Shown: positions 45,766-62,698, numbered from the stretch's first letter. The stretch is 64,000 nucleotides of DNA from the human T2T-CHM13v2.0 reference genome, Homo sapiens (GCF_009914755.1 NC_060931.1); one strand, 5' to 3'. Numbers and translations are program-made. Notes: generated from the letters alone by a model not told the origin.

Positions 45766-46617
45766 GAAGGAAGGTGGACCTGGGCCAAGGAGCTGGGCGG
45801 CCAAGGTCAGGTTTATGCCATCAGCCCCACTCAGGACAAATGTCCCGACTCCTGCTCGGAGCCCTCTTCCTACTACTCTGTGCTTCCCACAGCTGTTGAT
45901 CATCTCACTGACAAGCAGGCTCAGCCAAGAAAGTGGAAAGAGGAAAAGAAAAATGAGGCACAGGAGGGTAGAATGGAAAATCTCAGCTCTTTTAGCAGCC
46001 ACTCTTCCTTATTTCTTGCTAGAGTATTGGCACCTTTAAAAGCCTTGGCTGTCCTCCCCAACCTCCCCACTCAATCACAAACCGCAGCACCTAGAAAAAA
46101 ATAAAGGCAAAAATCAATGTGCTAAATCTCAGTTGGGCTCAGTAGCAACTCCCTGCAGCTTCCCTCTGCAAGCCATGGAACTGAGCTCTCCAGCCCTCTC
46201 CCTGAACTTGACTGCAGGGTTGGGGAACTTGCATGCTAAAAATATGCCCTCTCCCCTTCGGCAACCCATTCCCAACCTGGTGAAGACCAAGGAGGAAGCT
46301 TCTGAGATTCTCCTCCTTGCCTTCCATTTGCAGCTCAGATTCTCTGTCCAATGACTTCATCTACCCTCTCCTGCTGTCCACTCTCTGCTCCCTTTCTTCT
46401 CAGCCCTCACTTGGTCTCTGCCCTACTTACCCAGCCAGTGGCCTCTAAAGTTTTCCATTCAGAATTTCCCTCTTTACCTTCTCTTTTAGATATGTAGAAA
46501 GTGAAAGGGAAAAGGGGATTGTTATCTGGGTACAGACGGTTGAGTTGGGAAGAGAATCATATTTTGATTATTAAAATATTAAAATGATACAGTTTCATTT
46601 CTGCACCCCCCCCAACC

Positions 46618-46918
46618 TTTTTTTTTTTTTTTTTTTGAGACAGAGTCTCACTCTGTTGCCCAGGCTGGAGTGCAGTGGCATGATCTTGGCTCACTGCAAC
46701 CTCCGCCTCCCTAGTTCAAACAATTCTCATGCCTCAGCCTCCTGAGTAGTTGGGATTACAGGTGTGCACCACCACGCCCAGCTAATTTTTTGTATTTTTA
46801 GTAGAGGGGGGTTTTGCAATCTTGCCCAGGCTGGTCTTGAACTCCTGGCCTCAAGCACTCCACCTGCCTTGGCCTCTCAAAGTGCTGCGATTACAGGCAT
46901 GAGCCACCGCAACTAGCC
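46618..46918 (-). mobile_element. AluS
   Basis: Antisense dimer. Confidence 0.93.
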
Positions 46919-47959
46919 CATTTCTCCCTTAACCCATATTCTTTTCAGCTTTTCCCCTCTAAGTCTGAATCAAGGAGTCTACTGCCCCAGAGAAGGAGAA
47001 GGTGAGAGCCATGGATAACTAAGAGGCAACCGAGCACCTTGTGGTGTCAAATCTCACTTACTTGACCACTTAATCAGGAGCTTTCTCTTGAAAGCTAGGC
47101 TTTGTGGAAAAACAGCAGGGATTTCTAAATTCTAGAACTCTTCCTTTAATGCATCGAGAGCCCTGCCTGGCTGGCTAGATGGATAAATTTTAGGAAAGGA
47201 CGGTCCATGTCAGAGAGAAGACTCATCTCATTGGGTGCTAGAAAGAAGCATATGAGGGATACGAAGAGACACAGCAGGGACAAGAGATCACATAGGTTCT
47301 CATTCCTAGGGACAGACACTCAGGTACATGTGCGTGTGTGTGTATGCATGCTCATGTGCGAGCATGCATGCATGCCCGTAGGTGAAGAGCAGGGGAGAGA
47401 AGTGGGGAACCTGCAAATGTTAAAGTGAAAGGTGGGCTCGTGTCACACGTACCTGGGCATACCTTAGAGGAAGCTCCCAGCTCCCAACTAAAGTCCCACT
47501 TCTTCAGGGTGACAAGAAGCAGTCATAAGGCATCCGCTGAGGAAGTGGCTGGATGAGGGAGCCTGGGGCAGCACTCCCAGCTCTCCACTGCTGGCTCAGG
47601 AAGAGCAGAGGACTCAGATGATCTTACCAGACCCAGAGAAGATGCTGAGAGGGCTGGGGGCCCACAGAGGTTCGTGGTCAGGAAAAAGGGACTGTTAAGG
47701 ACAGAGACTTTGAGACCAGGGCCAATGGCTGGGCCCTGCCACACTTCTCAGTCCTTTTTGCAGATGATCCTTTATTCCTTTATATCCTTTATTCTTCTTT
47801 GTATATGAACCCTGGACTTCCTAACTCCCTCTCTTAGTGATATAATCCAATGTCACAGCTTTAAACACGTGCATGTCTCTAGGCCTAGATCTTCCTTGAA
47901 CACTAGATTGTTAAAGGCAGTTCCTTCCCCACCATTTCCACTTACAAAATAAAAGTATC

Positions 47960-49465
<1,506 letters not shown>

Positions 49466-50706
49466 ACAAAGGTTCCGGGTCCCCCATCTCTGCCACTACC
49501 AACTCCTGAAGACTCTCTACCTTCCCATGCACCATCCTGGAAATGAACCAGCTGTGGAGGAAATCTGAACAACTGAACTTGAAACCAGAAAGAGTCTGAG
49601 TGATCTAGAAGCAAGACTATCTGTGGCCAAATAAGCTATGAAACCATACACTCAGCAAGTATTACTTTTCTTTCTCTTAGTAGTTACCCAGTGGGATGGG
49701 AGCTGCTGATGAAGAGCAGATCAGTTATGAGAAATTAAAAAGCTACATTTTCTTGGCACATCTGAGTGAACGGCGGCAACAAACATTTCTGCACATGTGA
49801 ATCTGCGTGGCTCCTTGCATGAGTCCAAGGAGCACATGTGATCACCTGCCTTTGTGTGCAATGTGACAGAGGATGCATGAGACCAAATCTCTGCCTTCAA
49901 AATGCTAGGTAGCTGGGGTGCTATGATACATATTGTAGAGTTGGAGACATCCTCGTGAAAGCAAGTGGCTAGATTCGATTATACAACCACATAACCACAA
50001 AATCTTTTAACAAAATTGTCCTGGTGTGAAAATATTAGGAAGAATGCATGTTCCTCCAAACTGGGTTGTAGGAGGGACAGCTGAGTGGACCTGGCAGTGT
50101 CAGGTCTCTATTACCTGACTGAGTGGACCAGGCTTGGAGCTGGGTGTCAGAAGAGTCATGTCTAGACAGCCCCCTAACAAACAAAAGGAGACGTGACTTC
50201 TCAGAACTCACTTGTTTCCATCCCTTGGGAACCATTTCTCAGAATAACTGCTCCAAGAAAGACTTGAGAAACCATCCTATGGATTGAAAAGGATCAAGAA
50301 ACCACTGTTTTCTGTACTCAAAGGGAAAGAAGGGTCCATCTGAAGTCTCTCTGGCAAGGAATCCATGTCCTGATTTGCATATACGGAGTGTGTAGGGATC
50401 TCAGCCAACAAGAGCTTTATTTCTGCTACCTAGCGTTTGTGAGACGGATGTCTAGATGTGACTGTTCTGACATGCTGTCACTGTTACCTGTCTTCTTCTA
50501 CAGTGAAGGCACTGCTCTTCAACCAACAAATGTGGATTGCACACCAAGCCCGTCCCTGTTCTCCATGGCAGGACAATGCCTTCATTCAGGGAGTCACTGT
50601 TTGTAAATCTGAGCTACCCTTAACGCTTTCACATGGATGTGTGAACTGCACAGGCCAAACCTCTCTCACAAATCCCTGCCAAGGGCATCAGTACTAGGTG
50701 ATTCCT

Positions 50707-51525
<819 letters not shown>

Positions 51526-52159
51526 ATTTCCTTAATCCCAAATTTCCTTCCTGCTACCACATGGATGCTGTTTCCTGAGCCACAGCTGCTTGGACTAGGA
51601 GCAGGCTCCTGACTCAGGCACATCCAACCCGCAAGCTGGCCAGATGTGTCTTGGTATGAGAGTTAAGCCCAACAGAGGTGAAAATGATAAAGTCCAACCA
51701 ATTACTTTCTCTCTCTATGTTCAATTTGATCTGAAGGTACAGCAGGTGGGAACAGTGTCACTGAACCCTATCAACAGCAGAGCATGAGAACGTGAATTCC
51801 TGCTGCTGGGGAGGCAATGAAATGATATGGGCCTTCAGATGTCTATGAATCCTGACCCACCGTGGGTGCCAGTTTTCAAGAGGGTAAGCTGTGCTACGTT
51901 TTCACCCTTTGAAACCTGCTTGTTCTGCCCTTCTCAAGTTCCCAGAAGTTATTACTGCCTGGCTGAGAGATTCCTGTTTTACTTATTTTCCCATAAAGAA
52001 ACCATCTCTTAGCACTCATGCCCTAAGGAGGACTATGCCCCGCCATCAGAGGAGTCTAAGACCATGTGGCGACATCAGGTGGTATACCACAAACATGGTC
52101 AGGTCAATAAATGCATGGGTGCTCAGCAAGAAAAGATCTATCAATCAACGGGTATTTTT

Positions 52160-52370
52160 AAAAATAGCCACCATTTATTGAAGGTACTCATCTCAGTGCT
52201 TTACCTGAGTTATTTTATTTAATGCTCCCAATAACCCTATGACCTCTGTCTTATTATCTCTGTTTTACCAATAAAAACAGAGCCTTGGCCACGTTCAAAT
52301 AGCTGATAAGAAGCAGAGTCAAGATAAGGGTCTAAGTTTTTCTTATTCTAGAGCCCATACATTAAGCCAC
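52160..52370 (-). mobile_element. MIR
   Basis: atagccaccatttattga...taaccctatga. Confidence 0.65.
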
Positions 52371-52432
52371 CTTTCCAGAAACTTCCATTTCCAGGTGTGT
52401 CTCCTTCCATTTCAGGTGTGACCTTAGATATG

Positions 52433-52995
52433 TGTGTAGTAAATAATTTAATGTCGCCTAAAGAGAGGACTGGACTTTGCGCTTCACTCTTGAGAGGCAA
52501 TTTCTAAGCTCTTGGAATGTCCCACCTGATAAAAGTTTTCCTGGGGGCTTTGGGCCACACCAGAAGGTCTAACATTGTGATGTATGGTGGGGTCTTTGAG
52601 TCATGTGGTATCAGCTTAACTTCTAAAGGGGCTGGGGACTTAGGCCAGCCACATGGGCAGTGACCATGTCTATGTGATGGAACCCAACACGGACTCTGGA
52701 CACCAAGGCTTGGGGAACTTCCCTGGTTGGCAGTGCTCCATGTGTATTGTCACACACCATTACTGAGAAAGTAATGCTGGGTATATCTCTCTGGGAGAAC
52801 ACAACTGGAAGCTCTGTGTGTTTGGAACTTTCCTGGATTCTACCCCATGCATTTCTTTCCTTAGCTGTTTTTATTCTGTTTTCTTTCACTGTAATAAACC
52901 ATAACTCTGAGTAGAACAGCTTTCAGGGAAGCTGTGAGTCCTTCTAGCAACTATCAAATCTGAAAGTGGTTTGGGAAACCCCTGGACTTGCAATT
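52433..52995 (+). mobile_element. Solo LTR, MER77B/MER21 family
   Basis: tgtgtagtaaa...ctctggacaccaaggct...ttccctggttggca...gtaataaaccataac. Confidence 0.75.
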
Positions 52996-53364
52996 AGTGT
53001 CAGAGTCAGGGCAATTTTGTGATCTACTCCCTCACTTTGTAATGTGTCTCTTAGGCTCTCAGCCTGAGTTTCCTCATCCATGACACTGGACAAGATGATA
53101 ATAATTGCTTTACTTATGTGGAGCCAGAGACAGTGTGGGTAACAAGCTCTAGAGTGGCGCAGTGCACATCCTGAGAAACCGTATGCAGCAGCCCTGGTTA
53201 TCTTGCAAGTTGTAAGGACTGAATCTTTTTGACATTTACTGAGCATCTGCTCTGGAGATCCATAGATAAGTAAGACATGACACTCATCCTCAAGGGCTTA
53301 TCTTATAGGGATGAGACCAATAGGAAAGAAACATTTGATAAGAAACAGTGCCACAACCATGTTA

Positions 53365-54685
53365 TTTTTAAAAAATCTTATTGGAGCATTACAAAGATAC
53401 AAAAAGTAGGCACATTTGCTTGTACGGCTCAACGAATGATCAGGAAGTGAACACATTCATGTAACCATCCATGTCAAGAAGCAGAACATGACCCAGAAGC
53501 ATCCCAAAGCCCTCGTTCTCTTCCTAATCACCTTTCTTCTTCCTCCCCACATGAAGCCGCTACCTTGACTTCCAGCAGCGGGCTTGCATGTTTTTTAACT
53601 TTATATAAGCGGAGTACTACCATATGTATTCTTTTTGTGTCTGGCTTCTTGCTTAACATTATGTTTGTGAGATCCATTCAAGCTGGAGCTTGAAGCTGTG
53701 ACTCATTTATTTCACTGCTGTAAAGAATTATGTTTTATGAACATACCACAATATACAATATATAAAAATCTACTCTACTCCTGATGTACATTTGGGCTTT
53801 TTCTACCTTTTGGCCAACAAAGATTATACTGCGCTAAGCAACCTCAGAGGTGTCTTTGGAAGCACATGTGTGTGCATATCTGTTGGCTACCATGGGAGGC
53901 AAAGTAATGATCCCTCAAAGATGCCTGTCTCCTAATCCCTAGAACCTGTGAATATGCTACATTTCATGGCAGAGGGAATGAAGGTAGAAGATGGAAGTAA
54001 ATTTGTTAATAGCTGACCTTAAAGTAGGAAGATTATTCTGGATTATCCAGGCAGGCCCAGGGTAGCACAAGGATCCTTAAATGTGGAAGAGGGAGACAGA
54101 AGAGGAGGTCACAGTGGCGTAATGTGAGAACTCCCCTTTGCTAGCTTTGGGACCATCAGACAAGGACTGTGGCTGGGCCTCTAGGAGCTGAAATGATTAA
54201 GGAAATGGATTCTTTCATAGAGTTTCCAGATGGAACACACATTAGCTGACACCTTGATTTTAAGTCAGGAGATCCATTTCCCACTTCTGAGCTGCAGAAC
54301 TGTAGGATAATATACTGGTATTCTTTTAAGTCACTAAGTTTGTGGTCATCTGTTATGGCAGTGATAGAAAATTAATATAACTGTATTCTTATAAGTAGAA
54401 TAACTGAGTATGTACATGTTCATCTCTTATAGAGATTGTCAAGCAGTTTTCGATTGTGGTTGTATCAATTATACTCCCACCAGGAATGTACGAGTGTTCC
54501 CATTGCTCCACACCCTCATCAATGCTTGGTGTCATCAGTCTTTTTAATTACAGCCATTCTGTTGTGATATCTCATTTCTATTTCAATGTGTTCCTCTAAT
54601 TACAAAGGCAGTGGGGTAACTTTTCATATGATTATTGGACATTTGGGTTTCCTCTTAAGTGAAGTGCTGATCAAATCTCTCGCCA
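53365..54685 (-). mobile_element. Old L1M remnant split by MLT1D
   Basis: taacattatgtttgtgagatccat...actcccaccag...ttgctccaca...cagccattct. Confidence 0.75.
53891..54379 (+). mobile_element. MLT1D LTR
   Basis: tcctaatccctagaacctgtgaatatg...gattattctggattatccag...cactaagtttgtggt. Confidence 0.85.
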
Positions 54686-54687
54686 TG

Positions 54688-55550
54688 TGTGATATTGGGA
54701 TATAATAAAAGATATATTTGGCCTTCATCCCCAGTTGCTGCCACAGAGCTCCTGAAACTTTTATAATTTCCTCTTGGTAAAATGTTTAATTAACTGATCT
54801 TCTTTGATATCTTTTATTCTAGTAGGGAGCATCTTTTATTCTAATATTTGGTCTTTGACCCCAGTTCCTGACACAGAGCTCCTAAATTCCTTGAAATGTT
54901 CTAGGTGATAGGAGTGTCTTTTGTCAAATCAGATGACTCTTGGTGGGTCCCTGGATGGGGGGGCTGCTCATCAGAAATATATGACACTGCCATGGTTAGA
55001 CACTTGGAACTTTCAGCCCTACCCCCTATCCTCCAGGAAGGGAAGAGGGCCTGGAGATTGAGTTAATTGATTATGCTTATGTCATGAAATCTCCATAAAA
55101 ATCCCTGACATATGGGGTTTGGAGAGCTTCTGGGTTGGTGAATACATCCACATGCTGGGAGGGCGGTGTACCCAAACAGCAGCCCCTGCATTCAGGACCC
55201 TTCCCCACCTCACCCTATGCACCTCTTCATCTTGCTGCTCCTCTGTCTGCTTTACTATATGGTAAACCAGCAAACATCAGTGTTTCCCTGAGTTCTGTGA
55301 GCTGTTGTAGCAAATTGTCAAACCTGAGGGGAGTTGCGGGAACCCCTGATTTGTAGCCAAGTCAGACAGAAGTGTGGGTAACCTGGGGACCCACCACTTG
55401 TGGTTGGCATCTGAGTGGAGGGCAGTCTCGTGGGCTGACCCCTTAACGTGGAGGATCTGCACTAACTCCAGGTAGGCAGTATCAGAATTGCTTGGTATGG
55501 GAAACCCACACATTTGGCGTCAGAAGTATTGACTATAGAAGGAAAAACAG
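54688..55550 (+). mobile_element. MER21-family LTR
   Basis: Duplicated cccagttcctgacacagagctccta; gtgtttccctgagttctgtgagc. Confidence 0.8.
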
Positions 55551-55796
55551 CTTTTTCTTAGTACCATGCTATACCTGTTTGCTGTTGTGATAAAAGAGGA
55601 ATAGACTTTAGAACATAGCTCTCTATTTATTCATAAAGCCATTCTGCATTCTCAAGTAACAAAATTAGGATTTTCTTTAATATTTTATGAGATTTTTTTC
55701 TTTTCTTACTTGTCTTTAAAATAGTATTGCAAACAGGAGCAGATTCTTCGTCTGGCTATCACAGTATGGCTGTTTTAGTGGGCTACAACATAAACC

Positions 55797-55842
55797 CACA
55801 CATATATACACACACACACACACACACACTCACACACACACA
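55797..55842. repeat. (CA)n microsatellite
   Basis: Direct reading. Confidence 0.95.
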
Positions 55843-56313
55843 GAGTTGCAAACATATATGGGACAGTGGAAACAAATATGAAACAGCTCTTAAAGCCACT
55901 AATGAATATTTTTAAAACAGTAGTCATAAACACTAACAGACCATTAGGATATTATTTATAGATTAATAATCTCTGCATGAGACCATTTCATTCAGAGGCT
56001 CTGTGATGAGTGTATTTGGGCTGGCCTGGGTATTGAATGATGAGATTGATATATGATTTTCTTCAGCTGATATAACTTCTAAAATAAATCATTCATACAG
56101 TTGGTGACTCATACAATCCATTTCAGTATGCTCAGCTACATGTTAGGAGATTTTTATTTAATTTAAGCATTTTCATTACTGTAGATTTTTATTGTTCACT
56201 GTTTAGTTTTAAGTCTTGGGTAATTGCTATAATAAGGTTACTAGTCAGAGACTGCAGATAAAGAACAGCAATTCAACAATTAAAAGGCAACCAAGAATGC
56301 AATCTGTTGAGTT

Positions 56314-56315
<2 letters not shown>

Positions 56316-56346
<31 letters not shown>
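56316..56346. repeat. A31 homopolymer not attached to an Alu
   Basis: Direct reading. Confidence 0.95.
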
Positions 56347-56349
<3 letters not shown>

Positions 56350-56563
56350 GATCTGAAACTGCATGAAGATGGGCTGAAGGCCAAAACTATTAATGCAAAA
56401 TATGATTATTTCCAGTGGTAAACCAATATGTGTTGGGCTCCTGTGTTACATGGGGGGTTTTGTAAGAGAATCCGAGCACCAGCATTTGGTAGGACACAAT
56501 TAGACTATCTCCTCCCAGAATTCCCTTTTTAATACTTTCAGGATTTATTATACCAGGTCCTAA

Positions 56564-56918
<355 letters not shown>

Positions 56919-57039
56919 TACAATTCCTCTTTCTGTGTGTCTTTCCATGCTCAGAAAAAGTAAGTCTTGAGGGCAAGGACCTAGTCTTCTTTGCATATCT
57001 TTCTAAGTATCTTTGGAAATTGTCTGTTCACCTCTGCTT

Positions 57040-58425
57040 CCCTCAGCCTAGTTCAAGCCACAATTTCTCACATTGCCTCCTGTGGACTCCTGGTCATTCT
57101 ACAGCCTTCCTTACTCCTCCCCATCCCTCTTCAACCCCATCTTAGAAAGCCTCCACCCAGCGGCCAGACTGATCTTACACAAATTCGATGGAATCATTCC
57201 TGTACTTAAAATGGCTTCTCATTACTCCAAACTCTTCCACATCTCCTGAAGGTCTTTCCGGGTCAGCCTCCAGCCTGCCTCACCAGCGTCTTCTAGAATC
57301 TTTCTCCTTCTTGCTTTGAGTTCTCCCTTTCAGATCCTAGAACATACTGTGCTCCTTTCCACCTCAGGGCCTTTGCACACACTGCTCCCCTGAGTTGTGA
57401 AGGCTTTCTGTGTGATACCAGCCCATTGGGTCTCAACTTAAGCATCACTTCCCCAGACCAGCCCTCCAATAATCCCAGCCTTGGTCAAGTTGTGTTAAAG
57501 TTTGTTCTCAGAGCAAACAACCCTTATTTGTCCTTTCCAGGACTTACCACAATTGTGAAATTTTAACTGTATAATTCATTCATTCCTTCAACTTTCTCTA
57601 GCACTTAATATGTGCCCAACACCAAATATATACTGATGAACAAGACAGACATGTCCCCAAAGACCTTATAGTCTGGGCAGGATGGGGCATAGGGCATGGA
57701 AGGGGGAGCAGCTGATACTAACACATAAATATATATTGCAAATTATAGTAAGTACTTAAAGGAAAGAACAGAGTGCCATGAGAGACAAGTGCAGGAGCCC
57801 CTACTGTAGACTAAGGAGTTAGGAAAGATCTCTCCAAGGGGATGAGTTTCAAGTTAAGATCCAAGGCAGAGAAGGAGCCAGCCATGGAAATGCCTTCACA
57901 TGTGCTGTTCCCTCTGCTGGGACAGGGAATTAGGTGGGAAAGAGTTTGGCATGTTTGAAAAGAAGGAAAGAAGCCAGGATGATTGGAATGCAGTAAGTGA
58001 CAGGGAGAGTAACCCATGGCAAAGCTGGAGAGTAGGCAGGGGCTAGATTGCATAGGGGCTTGTGGCTTAGGATTTAAGAGACTACTGTAAGGGCATTGGG
58101 AAGGTTTTTTTTAAAGATTTTAAGCAGGGTAGCTATGATGCAACTCCTTAAGTGGAGAATAGACTGTTGGAGGCAAATGTGAAGGCGGGAATTGCAACGG
58201 GGCTATTTCCAAAAACTTCCAGAAGGGAAGTGTAATCCCTTGGACTAGCATGGTGGTGATGGAAATAGGGGATAAACTGGTTAGGGAGGCAAATCTAGAA
58301 CTTAGTTTTGAACATGCTGGTTTGAGATGTGTGTGAGACACCCAACTAGATGTGTTCAGCAGCCAGTCATACAAGCTGGAGTGAAAGATGAGGTGTCGGC
58401 TAGAGATGTAGTAGAATCTCATCTG
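57040..58425. mobile_element. Two abutting L2 remnants in opposite orientation (+ ~57040-57560; - ~57575-58425)
   Basis: cctcagggcctttgcacac on +; cattcattc...tgtgcc...gaacaagacagac on -. Confidence 0.7.
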
Positions 58426-58817
58426 ACTTCAGTGTTAATTTGTAAAGTCAGCATGTAAGGCCAAAGAATAAACAATTAAAAATCATCCTTCAAAAACCCT
58501 TAGAGCTGTGGACCTGAGTCTTTGGAAACTCAAAAGATAGGAGTTAACTTGTTTTTCTCCCTGATGTGTGGCCACAACTTCTCCCATCTCCCCTCCTCTC
58601 CAACAGTATCTTTTCCGGTTTAAGCGAAGTCAAAGTCTGGTTTGTAGAAATGGAAATATGGAAAAAGTAGGGTTGGCTTTTTTTTTTGTCAAGTGACTAG
58701 AGTTGAATCACTTTTCATCTAATGTAGCTTTACTGTATTACTTGGGAATCATCAGCAAACAGATGGTTTTTAAATTATGGAGATGGATAAGTTCACTTAG
58801 GGCAAGAGATGAGAGCT

Positions 58818-59294
58818 GTGCTAGTTTCCCAGGGCCATCATAACAAAGTACCAAACCTGGGGGGCTTAAAACAACAGAAGTTCATTCTCTCACCATTTTA
58901 GAGGCCAGAAGTCAGGAATCAAGGTATCTGCAAGGCCAGGCTCCCTCTGATACCTGCACAGGAGAATACTCGCCCCCATCAAGCCTCTGGTGTTTGCTGG
59001 CAGTGCTTGGCATCCCTCAGCTGATCGATGCGTCAGTCCCACTTCTGCCTCCATGGTCAGCAGGCATCCTCCCCTCGTGTGTCTGTGTCTCCATGTGGTA
59101 TTCTCCTGCCCATGTGTCTTTCTCCCTGCCTCTTAAAAAGACACCAGTCGGATCAGATTAAGAGCTCACCTTACTCCTTATATGACCTCATCTTAAATAA
59201 TTGTAGCTGCAGAGACCCTATTTCCAAATAAACAAGGCAGTGGGGGTTAGGACTTCAATGGGTCTTTTTGGGGAACACAACTCAATGTGTAACA
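58818..59294 (-). mobile_element. MLT1C-like LTR
   Basis: cataacaaagtacc...ggcttaaaacaacagaa...gaccctatttccaaataa. Confidence 0.85.
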
Positions 59295-59532
59295 AGGGTG
59301 CACGGCTCTCTCTCAGCAATAGCAATGGTAGAAGTCTGGTGGGCTGGGCAAGGTGAAAGAAATAGCAGCTCATCTGGGCTGTCATTTTCATCTGGGCTGT
59401 GCTCCCCATTAGAACATCTAACTTCCCCCTCAGAATGTCACAGACTCCATGCAAACGAGGCTGTATCTTTCCTGTTCCCTACTGTTCCTCAAAACTGTGG
59501 GTAACAAATGTGAAAATAAGTTACCTTTGATA

Positions 59533-59833
<301 letters not shown>

Positions 59834-60894
59834 TTACCTTTGCTATGACTTTCTAAACCACAGTCTATTTCTCATAGGAAAAGTTCCACTTTCCAGAGAC
59901 ATTTCACCAGTAATCTCTTCACTTTCTAGATTGGTCTTCCCCTTTCAGGCCACATCTCTACTTACTTAAGTTTCATCCACCTTCCTGAGGCTGGCCAGAA
60001 CATACCGCAATAGAGACAGCCACCACATAAGAATCACAGTCAGACGACACTTCCATTGCATCCGCTTTGCCCTGGTCATTATATGGACATTCCCAATCTA
60101 CTTCAGTCCTTTCCAAAATGTGTCTTTCCGGATTACACATTCCTTGCTGTAGTTTTTGTGAACTGCTCGCCAACCTCAAAGTGCAAACATGACCACAATC
60201 TCTTTTATTTTTCTATTCAATTGCACAAGGGGCCAAATGACTAATTTGCTGAAAGCAGGTGCCTGTGTTGGGAACTTTCATTCCCCTCGTCCACCATGTT
60301 GAGGAATTCTGGAGGTTTATACAGCCTCCAGAGGAGTCAGGATGGTCTCCATAACCCCCTCAAAAGAGAAAATTAGGGTCTCCAGTCTTCTATTGCTATT
60401 GATTCTCAGTATCACGAGGTGTCACTGTTGAAAACTTGTTCTATGCAGTCTCAGAGCTAACAATGATTTACCCTGGGATGATGCCTTCTAGAAGGCCCAG
60501 ATCCCATCACAAGCCACTGTGGTTTTCTTAAGGGAACAATCCCACATTCTCAGTACAGGGTTATATAAAATTGTCCCTAGCCTCTTCTAGCTGGTCTCTC
60601 TGCTTTCATTCCTGCTATAATGGATTATCCTAAAAGTGTAGAGGAAGCTAAAATCCCAAAAGACACTGGAGGAAAGAATGGGTGGTAGTGTTGGGAGAAG
60701 AAAGTACATTGAAGATGCTGTTTTCTGCATGAGATCCTTGCATTAAATCATGTCAGCCTTAGTGTGAAGTCTTGAGTTATACTTTATGTTGTATACCTCT
60801 ATCAAATTGAGCTCACCTAAAACCCTAGGAAAGACACAGAATAGTCACTGGAGAGTGTAGGGGACTGATAACATTTCCCCTGCTTGCAAGTGTT

Positions 60895-61120
60895 TAGAAT
60901 ATAGAGAAAAGAGCTCTGGACCTGGAACCAGAAGACCTGGGTTCAAGTCATTGCCTTGCTGTTTATTAGCTGTGTGGCCTCCAGAAGTCACTTGATTTCT
61001 TTGACCTCGATGACCAATCTGTGAACTCAGGGCAATTCTAGTCTTTTCCATTTACGATGTTCTTGTGAGAATCAAATGGAGTAATCTGAAAACTGTAAAG
61101 CACCATGTAAATATGAGGCT
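60895..61120 (+). mobile_element. MIR
   Basis: agaagacctgggttcaag...ttgtgagaatcaaatg. Confidence 0.75.
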
Positions 61121-61139
61121 TTTCTTCTCAGGCTTTTCA

Positions 61140-61442
61140 TTTTTTTTTTTTTTTTTTTTTTGAGACGGAGTCTCACACTGTCACCCAGGCTGGAGTGCAG
61201 TGGCACCATCTCGGCTCACTGAACCCTCCGCCTCCAGGTTCAAACAATTCTCCTGCCTCAGCCTCCCAAGTAGCTGGAATTACAGGTGCCTACCACCACA
61301 CCCAGGTAATTTTTTGTATTTTTAGTAGAGATGGGTTTCACCATGTTGGTCAGGCTGGCCTCGAACTCCTGACCTCAGGTGATCCACCCGCCTCGGCCTC
61401 CCAAAGTGCTGGGATTACAGGTGTGAGCCACTGCGCCCAGCC
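61140..61442 (-). mobile_element. AluS
   Basis: Antisense dimer. Confidence 0.93.
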
Positions 61443-61464
61443 CCTCTCAGGCATTTGTAAAAAT

Positions 61465-62270
61465 TAATCGACTTTTCTAGTTTACAGAAAAATTAAGCAG
61501 AAAGTAGAGTCCCCATATATTCTCTACTTCATCCCGTTTCCCCTATTATTAACTCCTTGCAACAATTTGTTACAATTGAAGAGCCAATATTGCTATATCA
61601 TTATTAATTAACAACCATAGTCTACATTAGGGTTTATTCTTTGTGTTGTACATTCTGTGGGTTTTGGCAAATGTATGACACGTATCCACCACTATGGTAT
61701 TACACAGAATAGTTTCACTGCCCCACAAATCCCCTGTGTTCTGCCTATTTATCTCCTCCTCTCTCCCCCTGAACCTCTGGCAACCTCTGATCATTTTACT
61801 GTCTCCATAGCCTTGTCTTTCCCAGAACATCATATAGTTGGAATCATACAGTATGTAGCCTTTTCAGATTGGCTTCCTTTACTTGGCAATATGCATTTAA
61901 GTTTCCTCCATGTCTTGTCTTGTCTTTTTTTCTTTTTTTTTTTTTTTTTGAGATGGAGTCTCACTCTGTCACCCAGGCTGCAACCTCCGCTTCCTGGGTT
62001 CAAGCATTTCTTCTGCCTCAGCCTCCCAAGTAGCTGGGATTACAGGTGCACACCACCACACCTGGCTAATTTTTGTATTTTTAGTAGAAATGGGGATTTC
62101 ACCATGTTGGCCAGGCTGGTCTTGAACTCCTGACCTCAAGTGATCTGCGTGTCTCAGCCTCCCAAAGTGCTGGGATTACAGGCATGAGCCACAGCACCCA
62201 GTCACCTCCATGTCTTTTAATTGATAGGTTGATAGCTCATTTCTTTTCATTGCTGAGTAATATTCCAATT
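61465..62270 (-). mobile_element. L1MC-type 3' remnant split by an Alu
   Basis: cagaatagtttcactgcc...ttggaatcatacagtatgtagccttttcagattggcttc. Confidence 0.8.
61917..62203 (-). mobile_element. AluS with ~29-bp internal deletion
   Basis: TSD cctccatgtctt; junction ccaggctg|caacctcc at 61980/61981. Confidence 0.9.
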
Positions 62271-62698
62271 TATAAGTGTATTCCCAACAGACTTTTTACT
62301 TAAAAAAAAATGACCAAAGACTACATTGCCTTAGAGTTCAATTAAAATAGTATCAAGAGCTATGCGAAAGAGAAAAAAAAAGGTGAAGAATGGAAGATGG
62401 ATATGGGAGGATGGACGGAGGCTATAGGCCCTCATGCAGATGTTGTGTTTTGGAGGAGGGAGGGATTCTGGGCTGGTTGTAAATATAAGAAACACAATAT
62501 ATCCACTCTATCCCATCCTTGAAATACAGCTTAGCTGCCAGCAGCCTGATCCCCTAAGTGCAGAGCCTGAGCAGTCACCCTAATGCACCGTACCTGGGTT
62601 CGGTACTAATGGCAGATCGAGAAAGAAATGCTAAAGTTATGTGTCTCTCAAACCACAGCACTACTAGCTGTATGCCTGATCCATAAGAGCATGCAATA

